NCBI GenBank assembly: GCA_964016885.1
Contig: OZ024740.1
Coordinates: forward strand, 345,588,001-345,652,000
Direction of reading: 5' to 3'
DNA from: Eledone cirrhosa
Lineage: Eukaryota
DNA length: 64,000 nt
Positions 1-16,900 of the stretch are shown piece by piece. The position numbers and the translations under genes are program-made. The notes under the pieces are model-generated. The model ran no database searches. It had not been told where the DNA came from and was given only the letters and a program-made list of their open reading frames with translations. Every line of letters begins with the position of its first letter. Position 1 is the first letter of the stretch.

Positions 1-880
1 TTCGATTCATAGATCAGGCTGTTTTTGTTGTGAGAGATGACATTGTATTATATTCCGGAAGTGTGTGTGTGATTAAGGGGAGTTAATGCGTAAGGGGAGG
101 TAACTAGCTGATTTTCATAGTTAAATTTATTATCCTAAAGTACATTAATGGTGTTTCAGATGAGTCCCTAACATATAAGGTTATAAACAATTTCTAAATT
201 TAAGTATTTTATCTATAAATTACAGTGTAGTCTATCAACAAGTACTAAAGGTGTTCGTATCAGGATGATTACCTTCTATCATGGTGTGCCATAACCGAAC
301 ATTCTATAAGAATTGTCAGACCTCGAAATCAATGATCTTTGTAAGTGTAGTCCAGCCGCAGAACCTGGCAGGGTCTTATTACTATATATGACTCCCGGTA
401 AGCTCTGGGTCATTGTATGTCTGTATACATGGCAAAGTTAAATATTACCAGAGTGGTCCAGAGATCAATTCTCTTATACACAGACACTAATCTGGTCATC
501 AAGCCACACTTATACTCAAAACTCATATATCGTCTGTACATAATTCATTGTACTCAGCATATAGAATATATATCCCTTTTAATGAATTAATTACTTAATG
601 ATCTATCTATCCTATGGTGGCATTCCATGCACAGGACAATGTTAGCACAACCAATTCAGTGCCTACAGTTTACATTAATTATATATTAGTGCAATGTAGT
701 CCAAATAATTCAAGGCCAATATACCAAAAGTAGAAGTACATGGGGATATCTCCAGGGTAAAAGGTACTATGAGGGTGTCACTATTTGCGCTAAAATGGAT
801 TAATGGGTGTTGAGATGAGGTGTAAGGCATGCCCCTGATGCTAGTTGCTAGATGTGGTGACGGGTTTAAGTCTTACATTG

Positions 881-2288
881 TTATATATTGGGTTTAACGT
901 TTTGGAAATAGTGTCGGAAGCTTTGTTGGCAAGACGCGAACACTTCTGATTTTTTATTAAGGTGGTTATGGTTAGAGTAGATGATAGTATGGGTCTCTAG
1001 TAGACAGAGATTACAAAATTTATTAGGTGGTTTGTACGATGTCGCATTACCTATCACTCTCCATTTGAGTGTATATGGTTTATTTTTAGTTTTTCGATAG
1101 TGTATGTAGCTAGATAGTGAAGTGGAGTTGGCTAGACTGTGTTTTTTGAAAGAGTGGAGGTGCGAATTGTATCTAGTTTCGAAGCAGTTAGAAGTAGAGT
1201 CTCTATAGGTTTCAGAAGAGTTGATAGTTGTGACTGTGCATGAGTATATGATATCCTTGATTAAGCAATTTTTATTTAAATGGCAGGTTCTATTTGATCT
1301 ACAGTTACAATTATTCTGGGTGTTAGTCTGCCGGTTATTATGTTGTGTAGAAGTCTGGATGGTAGCTATAGGGTTATGGTTATGTGGGTTGTCGTTCCCA
1401 GCGTTATTGTTTACACTAGTGCTATTACTATTATTTCTATTGATATTAGGGTTAGTTGCTATAATGTTATTTTGAAGGTTTATCGTCTGTTGTGATTTAG
1501 TTTGTTGGAAGTAAGAATTCATTTTTCTTTTATTGCTACTAGCTATGTGGTATGCTATGTTAGGCGTAGTAGAGTAGGAGATTTTAATAGTGTTTTTGTT
1601 TAAAAGGCTATGGTACTTGTGGCCGTATGGGAAGTTTTTATCTAGTAGTGAGAAGAAAGCCCTAGGTAGGTTGGTAGTGACGTTTAGATAGAAAGGAGGG
1701 TTGAAAAAATGTATTATTTCTTCTTCTATTTTTGTTTTTTATGTCCGGTGAGTTGTTTCCTTTTATGGTACTATGGTAATTTCTGTGGTGTGGGTTACTT
1801 TTGTTGGTATCATCCCTATTAGTGTGTGTGCTGTTGCTATTCCTATTACTAAATTTTCCCATGGACATGTTGTGCGAAATAATGTTGTAGCTACGCGTTT
1901 TTGTAGGTAGGAACTCGATCTCTATATTATGGCCTGATCTAGCTAATGCCTGATTATAATATTGCGAGTGTTTGTTAAATATGTTTACGTCATAGGATAG
2001 ATTAGAGATTCTATTAGACACTCCCTTAGAGATAGAGTTTAATATAGATCTAGGGTGTTTAGACTTGGTATCTACGTAAATGAGTTTTTCATTAGGTTTG
2101 TGGAAAGGTGCATATATCAATGAGTCTAGGTAGAGGGTGGCGTCCAGGAAGTTAACGTTTTTAGTGTTTTTGTCCATGGTAATACTAAGGTTATAGTTTT
2201 TGAATGTCTTGTGCAATAGTTTTCTAGCTCTTTCTATATTGAATTTTATATAATCTATAAGTAGAAGTGCATCATCGCCAACTGCCAA
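881..2288 (-). mobile_element. Penelope-like retroelement (Naiad-type), 5'-truncated and frameshifted: RT C-terminus plus GIY-YIG endonuclease
   Basis: ORF 1662-2288 has GDDALL...VNFLDATLYL...PFHKPN...YV...SKHP (RT motif C to thumb). ORF 881-1522 has CNCRSNRTCHLNKNCLIKDIIYSC...STSNCFETRYNSHLHSF...KWRVI...CNLCLLE (Zn finger plus GIY-YIG-like domain). The linker lies in another frame. Confidence 0.88.
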
Positions 2289-2555
2289 TATTTTATTTTT
2301 ATTTTAATTTTAATTTTAATTTTAAATTTAATTTTGTCCTTTAAGATGAATGTATGTAAATTGCCGTGCTATATTATTATGATGGATGTCAACCCACTGT
2401 GGGTCAATATATACAAGTGTTATATGTCTCTTGTGTTGAAAAGGAGGTCAAGTATGTAAAAATCACTAAATAGTTGCTCCGAAGAATCTAAACCTCGGTT
2501 TGGAGGAAACAATTGTAAGCAAATAAATGATTTAAACTGAACTTTGATTCATATA

Positions 2556-2617
<62 letters not shown>

Positions 2618-2623
<6 letters not shown>

Positions 2624-2884
2624 ATACTTGGGGAGGGTCATATTGTTGTAATAATATTGGCAGAATTAATAACAGAACACACTCACTGTTTGGTTAGTTT
2701 TCGCTTCTGTATCTTTTATATCAGTTAATTTATTCGCTCCTCAATGCAGATATAATATAGACCAAATAAATTAACTGATATAACAGATACAGAAGCGAAA
2801 ACCAACCAAACAGTGAATGTGTTCTGTTATTAATTCTGCCAATATTATTACAACAATATGACCCTCCTCAAGATATAACAATAT
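2618..2884. repeat. Foldback element with ~115-bp inverted arms next to (TA)n; one arm recurs at ~27010-27135
   Basis: ttgttatacttggggagggtcatattg...atcagttaatttatt is followed after a ~30-bp spacer by its near-perfect reverse complement. Confidence 0.85.
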
Positions 2885-3105
2885 TTGTTTCGACACACGA
2901 TTTCATATCAAAAACCTCGCAAAACTAATATATGTATATATATTTATATGTGTATATATGTATATATTTCTATATATATGTGTATGTATGTATGTTTGTG
3001 CTTATTTGTGTATTTACTTATATATTTATATATGTATGCGTCTTTGTATGTTTGTACTTGTATGTGTATGTACATTTATCTATATGTGTATATGTATGTA
3101 ATATG

Positions 3106-3160
<55 letters not shown>

Positions 3161-3265
3161 ATATGTATATATATATGTATATATATACGTAAGTGTTTGT
3201 ATGTATGTGCGTGTATATATATATACACGTACATACATACAAACATTTACATACACACACTCATC

Positions 3266-3325
<60 letters not shown>

Positions 3326-3517
3326 GTATATATATATATTCATATAAATAAATGTACATACATACATACATACACATACAAGTACACACATACAAAGACA
3401 CATCCATATATAAATATATATATATATCCAAAATTAAATTAAGGTTGTCATGTCTGAGAGACATGCGCCATATTCACTGTAGAATAAGCTCAAAGGTTCC
3501 AATGAATAGATCCGAGC

Positions 3518-4269
3518 ATTTTATATCAACTAGAAATAGATTTACACACATATATATATAAAATAAACACATGAAATAATCTCAGGGAATAATTTGTAAA
3601 GTGTGTAAGCACACATAGTTAGGTAGGTAACCAATTAAAGTTTAACTAGAAATTCAATATATAGATACCTTTTAAAATGATTAATCTCCTTTGTATATAT
3701 TTCTTTAAATAAAAAATATATTTCACCAATTAACCAGTAAATCACAGCTGACAAATCCGGATGGTCACCGAAGGAGAAGATCCAACCATCTGCGTTTACA
3801 CAGCAAATGCAAATCTGTGAATGACTCGAAAAAAGTGTTGCATTTTATAAAATATTCAGACATCGCACCGGACTCGGCTGCTATTTCTAGCTGTCGATAA
3901 TCCTATTCACGCCACTGGGATGACGCGGTGCGATGTCTGTATTTTTTATAAAATGCAACACGTGGTTCGCGTCATTCACAGATTTGCATTTGCTGTGTAA
4001 ACGCAGATGGTTGGATCTTCTCCTTTGGTGACCATCCGGATTTGTCCACTGTGATTTACTGGTTAATTGGTGAAATATATTTTTTGTTTAAAGAAATATA
4101 TACAAAGGAGATTAATCATTTTAAAAGGTATCTATATTTGAAGTTCTAGTTAAACTTCAATTGGTTACCTACCTAAGTACTTACACACTTTACAAATTAT
4201 TCCCTGAGATTGTTTCATGTGTTTATTTTATATATTTATATGGGTCAATCTATTTCTAGTTGATATAAA

Positions 4270-4270
<1 letters not shown>
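3518..4270. repeat. Long imperfect inverted repeat (~350-bp arms, ~55-bp spacer) in microsatellite DNA
   Basis: tatatcaactagaaatagat...cagacatcgcaccg (about 3520-3870) is mirrored by cggtgcgatgtctg...atctatttctagttgatata (about 3925-4268). Confidence 0.9.
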
Positions 4271-5150
<880 letters not shown>

Positions 5151-5474
5151 GAATGTGTTTGTCGACACCTGGAACATATATTAAGAGAAACTTCACAATA
5201 AGGTGTCTCACCCCAACACTTGAATCTGTTGATGGAACCCTTTCTGCCTTTGTCACTCTTACTTCAGCCTTAAACAATTAGCTTCTAAAGAATTTCCCTT
5301 TTCTTTAAACCATTGAACCCCACCCATCCTGTGGACCATCCTTTTAAGAATTAGCTTTTAATGAACCCCTTTTCTTTAAATCCTTCAACCAATGACCTAC
5401 ACACATGCCTATTCCCACCCTCTCCTACCACCACATAAGGAAAGATATAAATACTACCACTTACTTTGACAGCC

Positions 5475-5526
5475 AGCTTCCTGATGATTTCTCACTAATG
5501 AAACAGTTCTATTCCTGTAAGAGCTA
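5475..5526 (+). ncRNA. Degenerate hammerhead ribozyme motif
   Basis: agcttc-CTGATGA-tttctcactaat-GAAA-cag ttctattc ctg-TA-agagct. The core boxes and stem III are present, but stems I and II are weak. Confidence 0.45.
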
Positions 5527-5924
5527 TTCTATATTAAAACTACATATATATATTTATATAAATACATAGTCCAGAAATAGCCGTCGAAATTGCTTGAGTT
5601 CTGCCGTCGGGTCCTGAACTTTTTCCTATAAATACATATATATGTGGTAAATATATATGTATATGTATATATATGTATACTAGTATAAACATGATAAGGA
5701 TAAAAAGAGAACGTTGGAAACAGAGATATATTGAGAGTTTATGAAAGCAGGATACATTGATAAAAGTTAAATTAGGTAAATGAAATTATATAAAACATAC
5801 AGTAAACTATAAAAAAGGAGAAAGAATTACAGATAAACTTGGTTATACACTCAACCCACGAAACGAGAATAATGAATAGAAGAGAAAGTCGAATGCACAT
5901 AGACGCACAAACACGAATATAGAG

Positions 5925-7946
<2,022 letters not shown>

Positions 7947-7985
7947 AACGAAACGAAATTAAAAAACAAATAACGAAACGAAATT

Positions 7986-10900
7986 AAAAACCAGTATGAC
8001 TCTAAAAACCGGTTTGTCTGTGTGTTTACATACAGAATAGCTGGCCACTCACAGTAAAGTGATCAGTGAAAAAAAACTTGGTACATCTACATATGTATAC
8101 GTGTGTGTATTCATATACATACTAGTATTTCAGTATACATATATGGATGTACATCTTTGACTTAATTGTTTGAGCGTCAGTCATACAAAAGTGAGTTACA
8201 AACGAAACGAAATTTAATTTCGTTTCGTTATTTGTTTTTATCGTCTCCGTTGAACCGGTACTTACTCACACTCTATGCAAGTTGGTCTGCCCACTACTAA
8301 TTTTCATAGAAAAAGCATATAGCGATATGTGCTTTTACGATTCTCTAGAGAGGCCGGAAGATAGGTAAATATTGCTGATGAGTTGTAACAACAACGAAAC
8401 TAGTTCAATATTCCTTGTCTGGCTTTCTGGAGAATAGAGGAAAGGTGTTTCCTCAAAAACCAGTATGACTCTAAAAACCGGTTTGTCTGTGTGTTTACAT
8501 ACAGAATAGCTGGCCACTCACAGTAAAGTGATCAGTGAAAAAAAACTTGGTACATCTACATATGTATACGTGTGTGTATTCATATACATACTAGTATTTC
8601 AGTATACATATATGGATGTACATCTTTGACTTAATTGTTTGAGCGTCAGTCATACAAAAGTGAGTTACAAACGAAACGAAATTTAATTTCGTTTCGTTAT
8701 TTGTTTTTATCGTCTCCGTTGAACCGGTACTTACTCACACTCTATGCAAGTTGGTCTGCCCACTACTAATTTTCATAGAAAAAGCATATAGCGATATGTG
8801 CTTTTACGATTCTCTAGAGAGGCCGGAAGATAGGTAAATATTGCTGATGAGTTGTAACAACAACGAAACTAGTTCAATATTCCTTGTCTGGCTTTCTGGA
8901 GAATAGAGGAAAGGTGTTTCCTCAAAAACCAGTATGACTCTAAAAACCGGTTTGTCTGTGTGTTTACATACAGAATAGCTGGCCACTCACAGTAAAGTGA
9001 TCAGTGAAAAAAAACTTGGTACATCTACATATGTATACGTGTGTGTATTCATATACATACTAGTATTTCAGTATACATATATGGATGTACATCTTTGACT
9101 TAATTGTTTGAGCGTCAGTCATACAAAAGTGAGTTACAAACGAAACGAAATTTAATTTCGTTTCGTTATTTGTTTTTATCGTCTCCGTTGAACCGGTACT
9201 TACTCACACTCTATGCAAGTTGGTCTGCCCACTACTAATTTTCATAGAAAAAGCATATAGCGATATGTGCTTTTACGATTCTCTAGAGAGGCCGGAAGAT
9301 AGGTAAATATTGCTGATGAGTTGTAACAACAACGAAACTAGTTCAATATTCCTTGTCTGGCTTTCTGGAGAATAGAGGAAAGGTGTTTCCTCAAAAACCA
9401 GTATGACTCTAAAAACCGGTTTGTCTGTGTGTTTACATACAGAATAGCTGGCCACTCACAGTAAAGTGATCAGTGAAAAAAAACTTGGTACATCTACATA
9501 TGTATACGTGTGTGTATTCATATACATACTAGTATTTCAGTATACATATATGGATGTACATCTTTGACTTAATTGTTTGAGCGTCAGTCATACAAAAGTG
9601 AGTTACAAACGAAACGAAATTTAATTTCGTTTCGTTATTTGTTTTTATCGTCTCCGTTGAACCGGTACTTACTCACACTCTATGCAAGTTGGTCTGCCCA
9701 CTACTAATTTTCATAGAAAAAGCATATAGCGATATGTGCTTTTACGATTCTCTAGAGAGGCCGGAAGATAGGTAAATATTGCTGATGAGTTGTAACAACA
9801 ACGAAACTAGTTCAATATTCCTTGTCTGGCTTTCTGGAGAATAGAGGAAAGGTGTTTCCTCAAAAACCAGTATGACTCTAAAAACCGGTTTGTCTGTGTG
9901 TTTACATACAGAATAGCTGGCCACTCACAGTAAAGTGATCAGTGAAAAAAAACTTGGTACATCTACATATGTATACGTGTGTGTATTCATATACATACTA
10001 GTATTTCAGTATACATATATGGATGTACATCTTTGACTTAATTGTTTGAGCGTCAGTCATACAAAAGTGAGTTACAAACGAAACGAAATTTAATTTCGTT
10101 TCGTTATTTGTTTTTATCGTCTCCGTTGAACCGGTACTTACTCACACTCTATGCAAGTTGGTCTGCCCACTACTAATTTTCATAGAAAAAGCATATAGCG
10201 ATATGTGCTTTTACGATTCTCTAGAGAGGCCGGAAGATAGGTAAATATTGCTGATGAGTTGTAACAACAACGAAACTAGTTCAATATTCCTTGTCTGGCT
10301 TTCTGGAGAATAGAGGAAAGGTGTTTCCTCAAAAACCAGTATGACTCTAAAAACCGGTTTGTCTGTGTGTTTACATACAGAATAGCTGGCCACTCACAGT
10401 AAAGTGATCAGTGAAAAAAAACTTGGTACATCTACATATGTATACGTGTGTGTATTCATATACATACTAGTATTTCAGTATACATATATGGATGTACATC
10501 TTTGACTTAATTGTTTGAGCGTCAGTCATACAAAAGTGAGTTACAAACGAAACGAAATTTAATTTCGTTTCGTTATTTGTTTTTATCGTCTCCGTTGAAC
10601 CGGTACTTACTCACACTCTATGCAAGTTGGTCTGCCCACTACTAATTTTCATAGAAAAAGCATATAGCGATATGTGCTTTTACGATTCTCTAGAGAGGCC
10701 GGAAGATAGGTAAATATTGCTGATGAGTTGTAACAACAACGAAACTAGTTCAATATTCCTTGTCTGGCTTTCTGGAGAATAGAGGAAAGGTGTTTCCTCA
10801 AAAACCAGTATGACTCTAAAAACCGGTTTGTCTGTGTGTTTACATACAGAATAGCTGGCCACTCACAGTAAAGTGATCAGTGAAAAAAAACTTGGTACAT

Positions 10901-13900
10901 CTACATATGTATACGTGTGTGTATTCATATACATACTAGTATTTCAGTATACATATATGGATGTACATCTTTGACTTAATTGTTTGAGCGTCAGTCATAC
11001 AAAAGTGAGTTACAAACGAAACGAAATTTAATTTCGTTTCGTTATTTGTTTTTATCGTCTCCGTTGAACCGGTACTTACTCACACTCTATGCAAGTTGGT
11101 CTGCCCACTACTAATTTTCATAGAAAAAGCATATAGCGATATGTGCTTTTACGATTCTCTAGAGAGGCCGGAAGATAGGTAAATATTGCTGATGAGTTGT
11201 AACAACAACGAAACTAGTTCAATATTCCTTGTCTGGCTTTCTGGAGAATAGAGGAAAGGTGTTTCCTCAAAAACCAGTATGACTCTAAAAACCGGTTTGT
11301 CTGTGTGTTTACATACAGAATAGCTGGCCACTCACAGTAAAGTGATCAGTGAAAAAAAACTTGGTACATCTACATATGTATACGTGTGTGTATTCATATA
11401 CATACTAGTATTTCAGTATACATATATGGATGTACATCTTTGACTTAATTGTTTGAGCGTCAGTCATACAAAAGTGAGTTACAAACGAAACGAAATTTAA
11501 TTTCGTTTCGTTATTTGTTTTTATCGTCTCCGTTGAACCGGTACTTACTCACACTCTATGCAAGTTGGTCTGCCCACTACTAATTTTCATAGAAAAAGCA
11601 TATAGCGATATGTGCTTTTACGATTCTCTAGAGAGGCCGGAAGATAGGTAAATATTGCTGATGAGTTGTAACAACAACGAAACTAGTTCAATATTCCTTG
11701 TCTGGCTTTCTGGAGAATAGAGGAAAGGTGTTTCCTCAAAAACCAGTATGACTCTAAAAACCGGTTTGTCTGTGTGTTTACATACAGAATAGCTGGCCAC
11801 TCACAGTAAAGTGATCAGTGAAAAAAAACTTGGTACATCTACATATGTATACGTGTGTGTATTCATATACATACTAGTATTTCAGTATACATATATGGAT
11901 GTACATCTTTGACTTAATTGTTTGAGCGTCAGTCATACAAAAGTGAGTTACAAACGAAACGAAATTTAATTTCGTTTCGTTATTTGTTTTTATCGTCTCC
12001 GTTGAACCGGTACTTACTCACACTCTATGCAAGTTGGTCTGCCCACTACTAATTTTCATAGAAAAAGCATATAGCGATATGTGCTTTTACGATTCTCTAG
12101 AGAGGCCGGAAGATAGGTAAATATTGCTGATGAGTTGTAACAACAACGAAACTAGTTCAATATTCCTTGTCTGGCTTTCTGAAGAATAGAGGAAAGGTGT
12201 TTCCTCAAAAACCAGTATGACTCTAAAAACCGGTTTGTCTGTGTGTTTACATACAGAATAGCTGGCCACTCACAGTAAAGTGATCAGTGAAAAAAAAACT
12301 TGGTACATCTACATATGTATACGTGTGTGTATTCATATACATACTAGTATTTCAGTATACATATATGGATGTACATCTTTGACTTAATTGTTTGAGCGTC
12401 AGTCATACAAAAGTGAGTTACAAACGAAACGAAATTTAATTTCGTTTCGTTATTTGTTTTTATCGTCTCCGTTGAACCGGTACTTACTCACACTCTATGC
12501 AAGTTGGTCTGCCCACTACTAATTTTCATAGAAAAAGCATATAGCGATATGTGCTTTTACGATTCTCTAGAGAGGCCGGAAGATAGGTAAATATTGCTGA
12601 TGAGTTGTAACAACAACGAAACTAGTTCAATATTCCTTGTCTGGCTTTCTGGAGAATAGAGGAAAGGTGTTTCCTCAAAAACCAGTATGACTCTAAAAAC
12701 CGGTTTGTCTGTGTGTTTACATACAGAATAGCTGGCCACTCACAGTAAAGTGATCAGTGAAAAAAAACTTGGTACATCTACATATGTATACGTGTGTGTA
12801 TTCATATACATACTAGTATTTCAGTATACATATATGGATGTACATCTTTGACTTAATTGTTTGAGCGTCAGTCATACAAAAGTGAGTTACAAACGAAACG
12901 AAATTTAATTTCGTTTCGTTATTTGTTTTTATCGTCTCCGTTGAACCGGTACTTACTCACACTCTATGCAAGTTGGTCTGCCCACTACTAATTTTCATAG
13001 AAAAAGCATATAGCGATATGTGCTTTTACGATTCTCTAGAGAGGCCGGAAGATAGGTAAATATTGCTGATGAGTTGTAACAACAACGAAACTAGTTCAAT
13101 ATTCCTTGTCTGGCTTTCTGGAGAATAGAGGAAAGGTGTTTCCTCAAAAACCAGTATGACTCTAAAAACCGGTTTGTCTGTGTGTTTACATACAGAATAG
13201 CTGGCCACTCACAGTAAAGTGATCAGTGAAAAAAAACTTGGTACATCTACATATGTATACGTGTGTGTATTCATATACATACTAGTATTTCAGTATACAT
13301 ATATGGATGTACATCTTTGACTTAATTGTTTGAGCGTCAGTCATACAAAAGTGAGTTACAAACGAAACGAAATTTAATTTCGTTTCGTTATTTGTTTTTA
13401 TCGTCTCCGTTGAACCGGTACTTACTCACACTCTATGCAAGTTGGTCTGCCCACTACTAATTTTCATAGAAAAAGCATATAGCGATATGTGCTTTTACGA
13501 TTCTCTAGAGAGGCCGGAAGATAGGTAAATATTGCTGATGAGTTGTAACAACAACGAAACTAGTTCAATATTCCTTGTCTGGCTTTCTGGAGAATAGAGG
13601 AAAGGTGTTTCCTCAAAAACCAGTATGACTCTAAAAACCGGTTTGTCTGTGTGTTTACATACAGAATAGCTGGCCACTCACAGTAAAGTGATCAGTGAAA
13701 AAAAACTTGGTACATCTACATATGTATACGTGTGTGTATTCATATACATACTAGTATTTCAGTATACATATATGGATGTACATCTTTGACTTAATTGTTT
13801 GAGCGTCAGTCATACAAAAGTGAGTTACAAACGAAACGAAATTTAATTTCGTTTCGTTATTTGTTTTTATCGTCTCCGTTGAACCGGTACTTACTCACAC

Positions 13901-16900
13901 TCTATGCAAGTTGGTCTGCCCACTACTAATTTTCATAGAAAAAGCATATAGCGATATGTGCTTTTACGATTCTCTAGAGAGGCCGGAAGATAGGTAAATA
14001 TTGCTGATGAGTTGTAACAACAACGAAACTAGTTCAATATTCCTTGTCTGGCTTTCTGGAGAATAGAGGAAAGGTGTTTCCTCAAAAACCAGTATGACTC
14101 TAAAAACCGGTTTGTCTGTGTGTTTACATACAGAATAGCTGGCCACTCACAGTAAAGTGATCAGTGAAAAAAAACTTGGTACATCTACATATGTATACGT
14201 GTGTGTATTCATATACATACTAGTATTTCAGTATACATATATGGATGTACATCTTTGACTTAATTGTTTGAGCGTCAGTCATACAAAAGTGAGTTACAAA
14301 CGAAACGAAATTTAATTTCGTTTCGTTATTTGTTTTTATCGTCTCCGTTGAACCGGTACTTACTCACACTCTATGCAAGTTGGTCTGCCCACTACTAATT
14401 TTCATAGAAAAAGCATATAGCGATATGTGCTTTTACGATTCTCTAGAGAGGCCGGAAGATAGGTAAATATTGCTGATGAGTTGTAACAACAACGAAACTA
14501 GTTCAATATTCCTTGTCTGGCTTTCTGGAGAATAGAGGAAAGGTGTTTCCTCAAAAACCAGTATGACTCTAAAAACCGGTTTGTCTGTGTGTTTACATAC
14601 AGAATAGCTGGCCACTCACAGTAAAGTGATCAGTGAAAAAAAACTTGGTACATCTACATATGTATACGTGTGTGTATTCATATACATACTAGTATTTCAG
14701 TATACATATATGGATGTACATCTTTGACTTAATTGTTTGAGCGTCAGTCATACAAAAGTGAGTTACAAACGAAACGAAATTTAATTTCGTTTCGTTATTT
14801 GTTTTTATCGTCTCCGTTGAACCGGTACTTACTCACACTCTATGCAAGTTGGTCTGCCCACTACTAATTTTCATAGAAAAAGCATATAGCGATATGTGCT
14901 TTTACGATTCTCTAGAGAGGCCGGAAGATAGGTAAATATTGCTGATGAGTTGTAACAACAACGAAACTAGTTCAATATTCCTTGTCTGGCTTTCTGGAGA
15001 ATAGAGGAAAGGTGTTTCCTCAAAAACCAGTATGACTCTAAAAACCGGTTTGTCTGTGTGTTTACATACAGAATAGCTGGCCACTCACAGTAAAGTGATC
15101 AGTGAAAAAAAACTTGGTACATCTACATATGTATACGTGTGTGTATTCATATACATACTAGTATTTCAGTATACATATATGGATGTACATCTTTGACTTA
15201 ATTGTTTGAGCGTCAGTCATACAAAAGTGAGTTACAAACGAAACGAAATTTAATTTCGTTTCGTTATTTGTTTTTATCGTCTCCGTTGAACCGGTACTTA
15301 CTCACACTCTATGCAAGTTGGTCTGCCCACTACTAATTTTCATAGAAAAAGCATATAGCGATATGTGCTTTTACGATTCTCTAGAGAGGCCGGAAGATAG
15401 GTAAATATTGCTGATGAGTTGTAACAACAACGAAACTAGTTCAATATTCCTTGTCTGGCTTTCTGGAGAATAGAGGAAAGGTGTTTCCTCAAAAACCAGT
15501 ATGACTCTAAAAACCGGTTTGTCTGTGTGTTTACATACAGAATAGCTGGCCACTCACAGTAAAGTGATCAGTGAAAAAAAACTTGGTACATCTACATATG
15601 TATACGTGTGTGTATTCATATACATACTAGTATTTCAGTATACATATATGGATGTACATCTTTGACTTAATTGTTTGAGCGTCAGTCATACAAAAGTGAG
15701 TTACAAACGAAACGAAATTTAATTTCGTTTCGTTATTTGTTTTTATCGTCTCCGTTGAACCGGTACTTACTCACACTCTATGCAAGTTGGTCTGCCCACT
15801 ACTAATTTTCATAGAAAAAGCATATAGCGATATGTGCTTTTACGATTCTCTAGAGAGGCCGGAAGATAGGTAAATATTGCTGATGAGTTGTAACAACAAC
15901 GAAACTAGTTCAATATTCCTTGTCTGGCTTTCTGGAGAATAGAGGAAAGGTGTTTCCTCAAAAACCAGTATGACTCTAAAAACCGGTTTGTCTGTGTGTT
16001 TACATACAGAATAGCTGGCCACTCACAGTAAAGTGATCAGTGAAAAAAAACTTGGTACATCTACATATGTATACGTGTGTGTATTCATATACATACTAGT
16101 ATTTCAGTATACATATATGGATGTACATCTTTGACTTAATTGTTTGAGCGTCAGTCATACAAAAGTGAGTTACAAACGAAACGAAATTTAATTTCGTTTC
16201 GTTATTTGTTTTTATCGTCTCCGTTGAACCGGTACTTACTCACACTCTATGCAAGTTGGTCTGCCCACTACTAATTTTCATAGAAAAAGCATATAGCGAT
16301 ATGTGCTTTTACGATTCTCTAGAGAGGCCGGAAGATAGGTAAATATTGCTGATGAGTTGTAACAACAACGAAACTAGTTCAATATTCCTTGTCTGGCTTT
16401 CTGGAGAATAGAGGAAAGGTGTTTCCTCAAAAACCAGTATGACTCTAAAAACCGGTTTGTCTGTGTGTTTACATACAGAATAGCTGGCCACTCACAGTAA
16501 AGTGATCAGTGAAAAAAAACTTGGTACATCTACATATGTATACGTGTGTGTATTCATATACATACTAGTATTTCAGTATACATATATGGATGTACATCTT
16601 TGACTTAATTGTTTGAGCGTCAGTCATACAAAAGTGAGTTACAAACGAAACGAAATTTAATTTCGTTTCGTTATTTGTTTTTATCGTCTCCGTTGAACCG
16701 GTACTTACTCACACTCTATGCAAGTTGGTCTGCCCACTACTAATTTTCATAGAAAAAGCATATAGCGATATGTGCTTTTACGATTCTCTAGAGAGGCCGG
16801 AAGATAGGTAAATATTGCTGATGAGTTGTAACAACAACGAAACTAGTTCAATATTCCTTGTCTGGCTTTCTGGAGAATAGAGGAAAGGTGTTTCCTCAAA

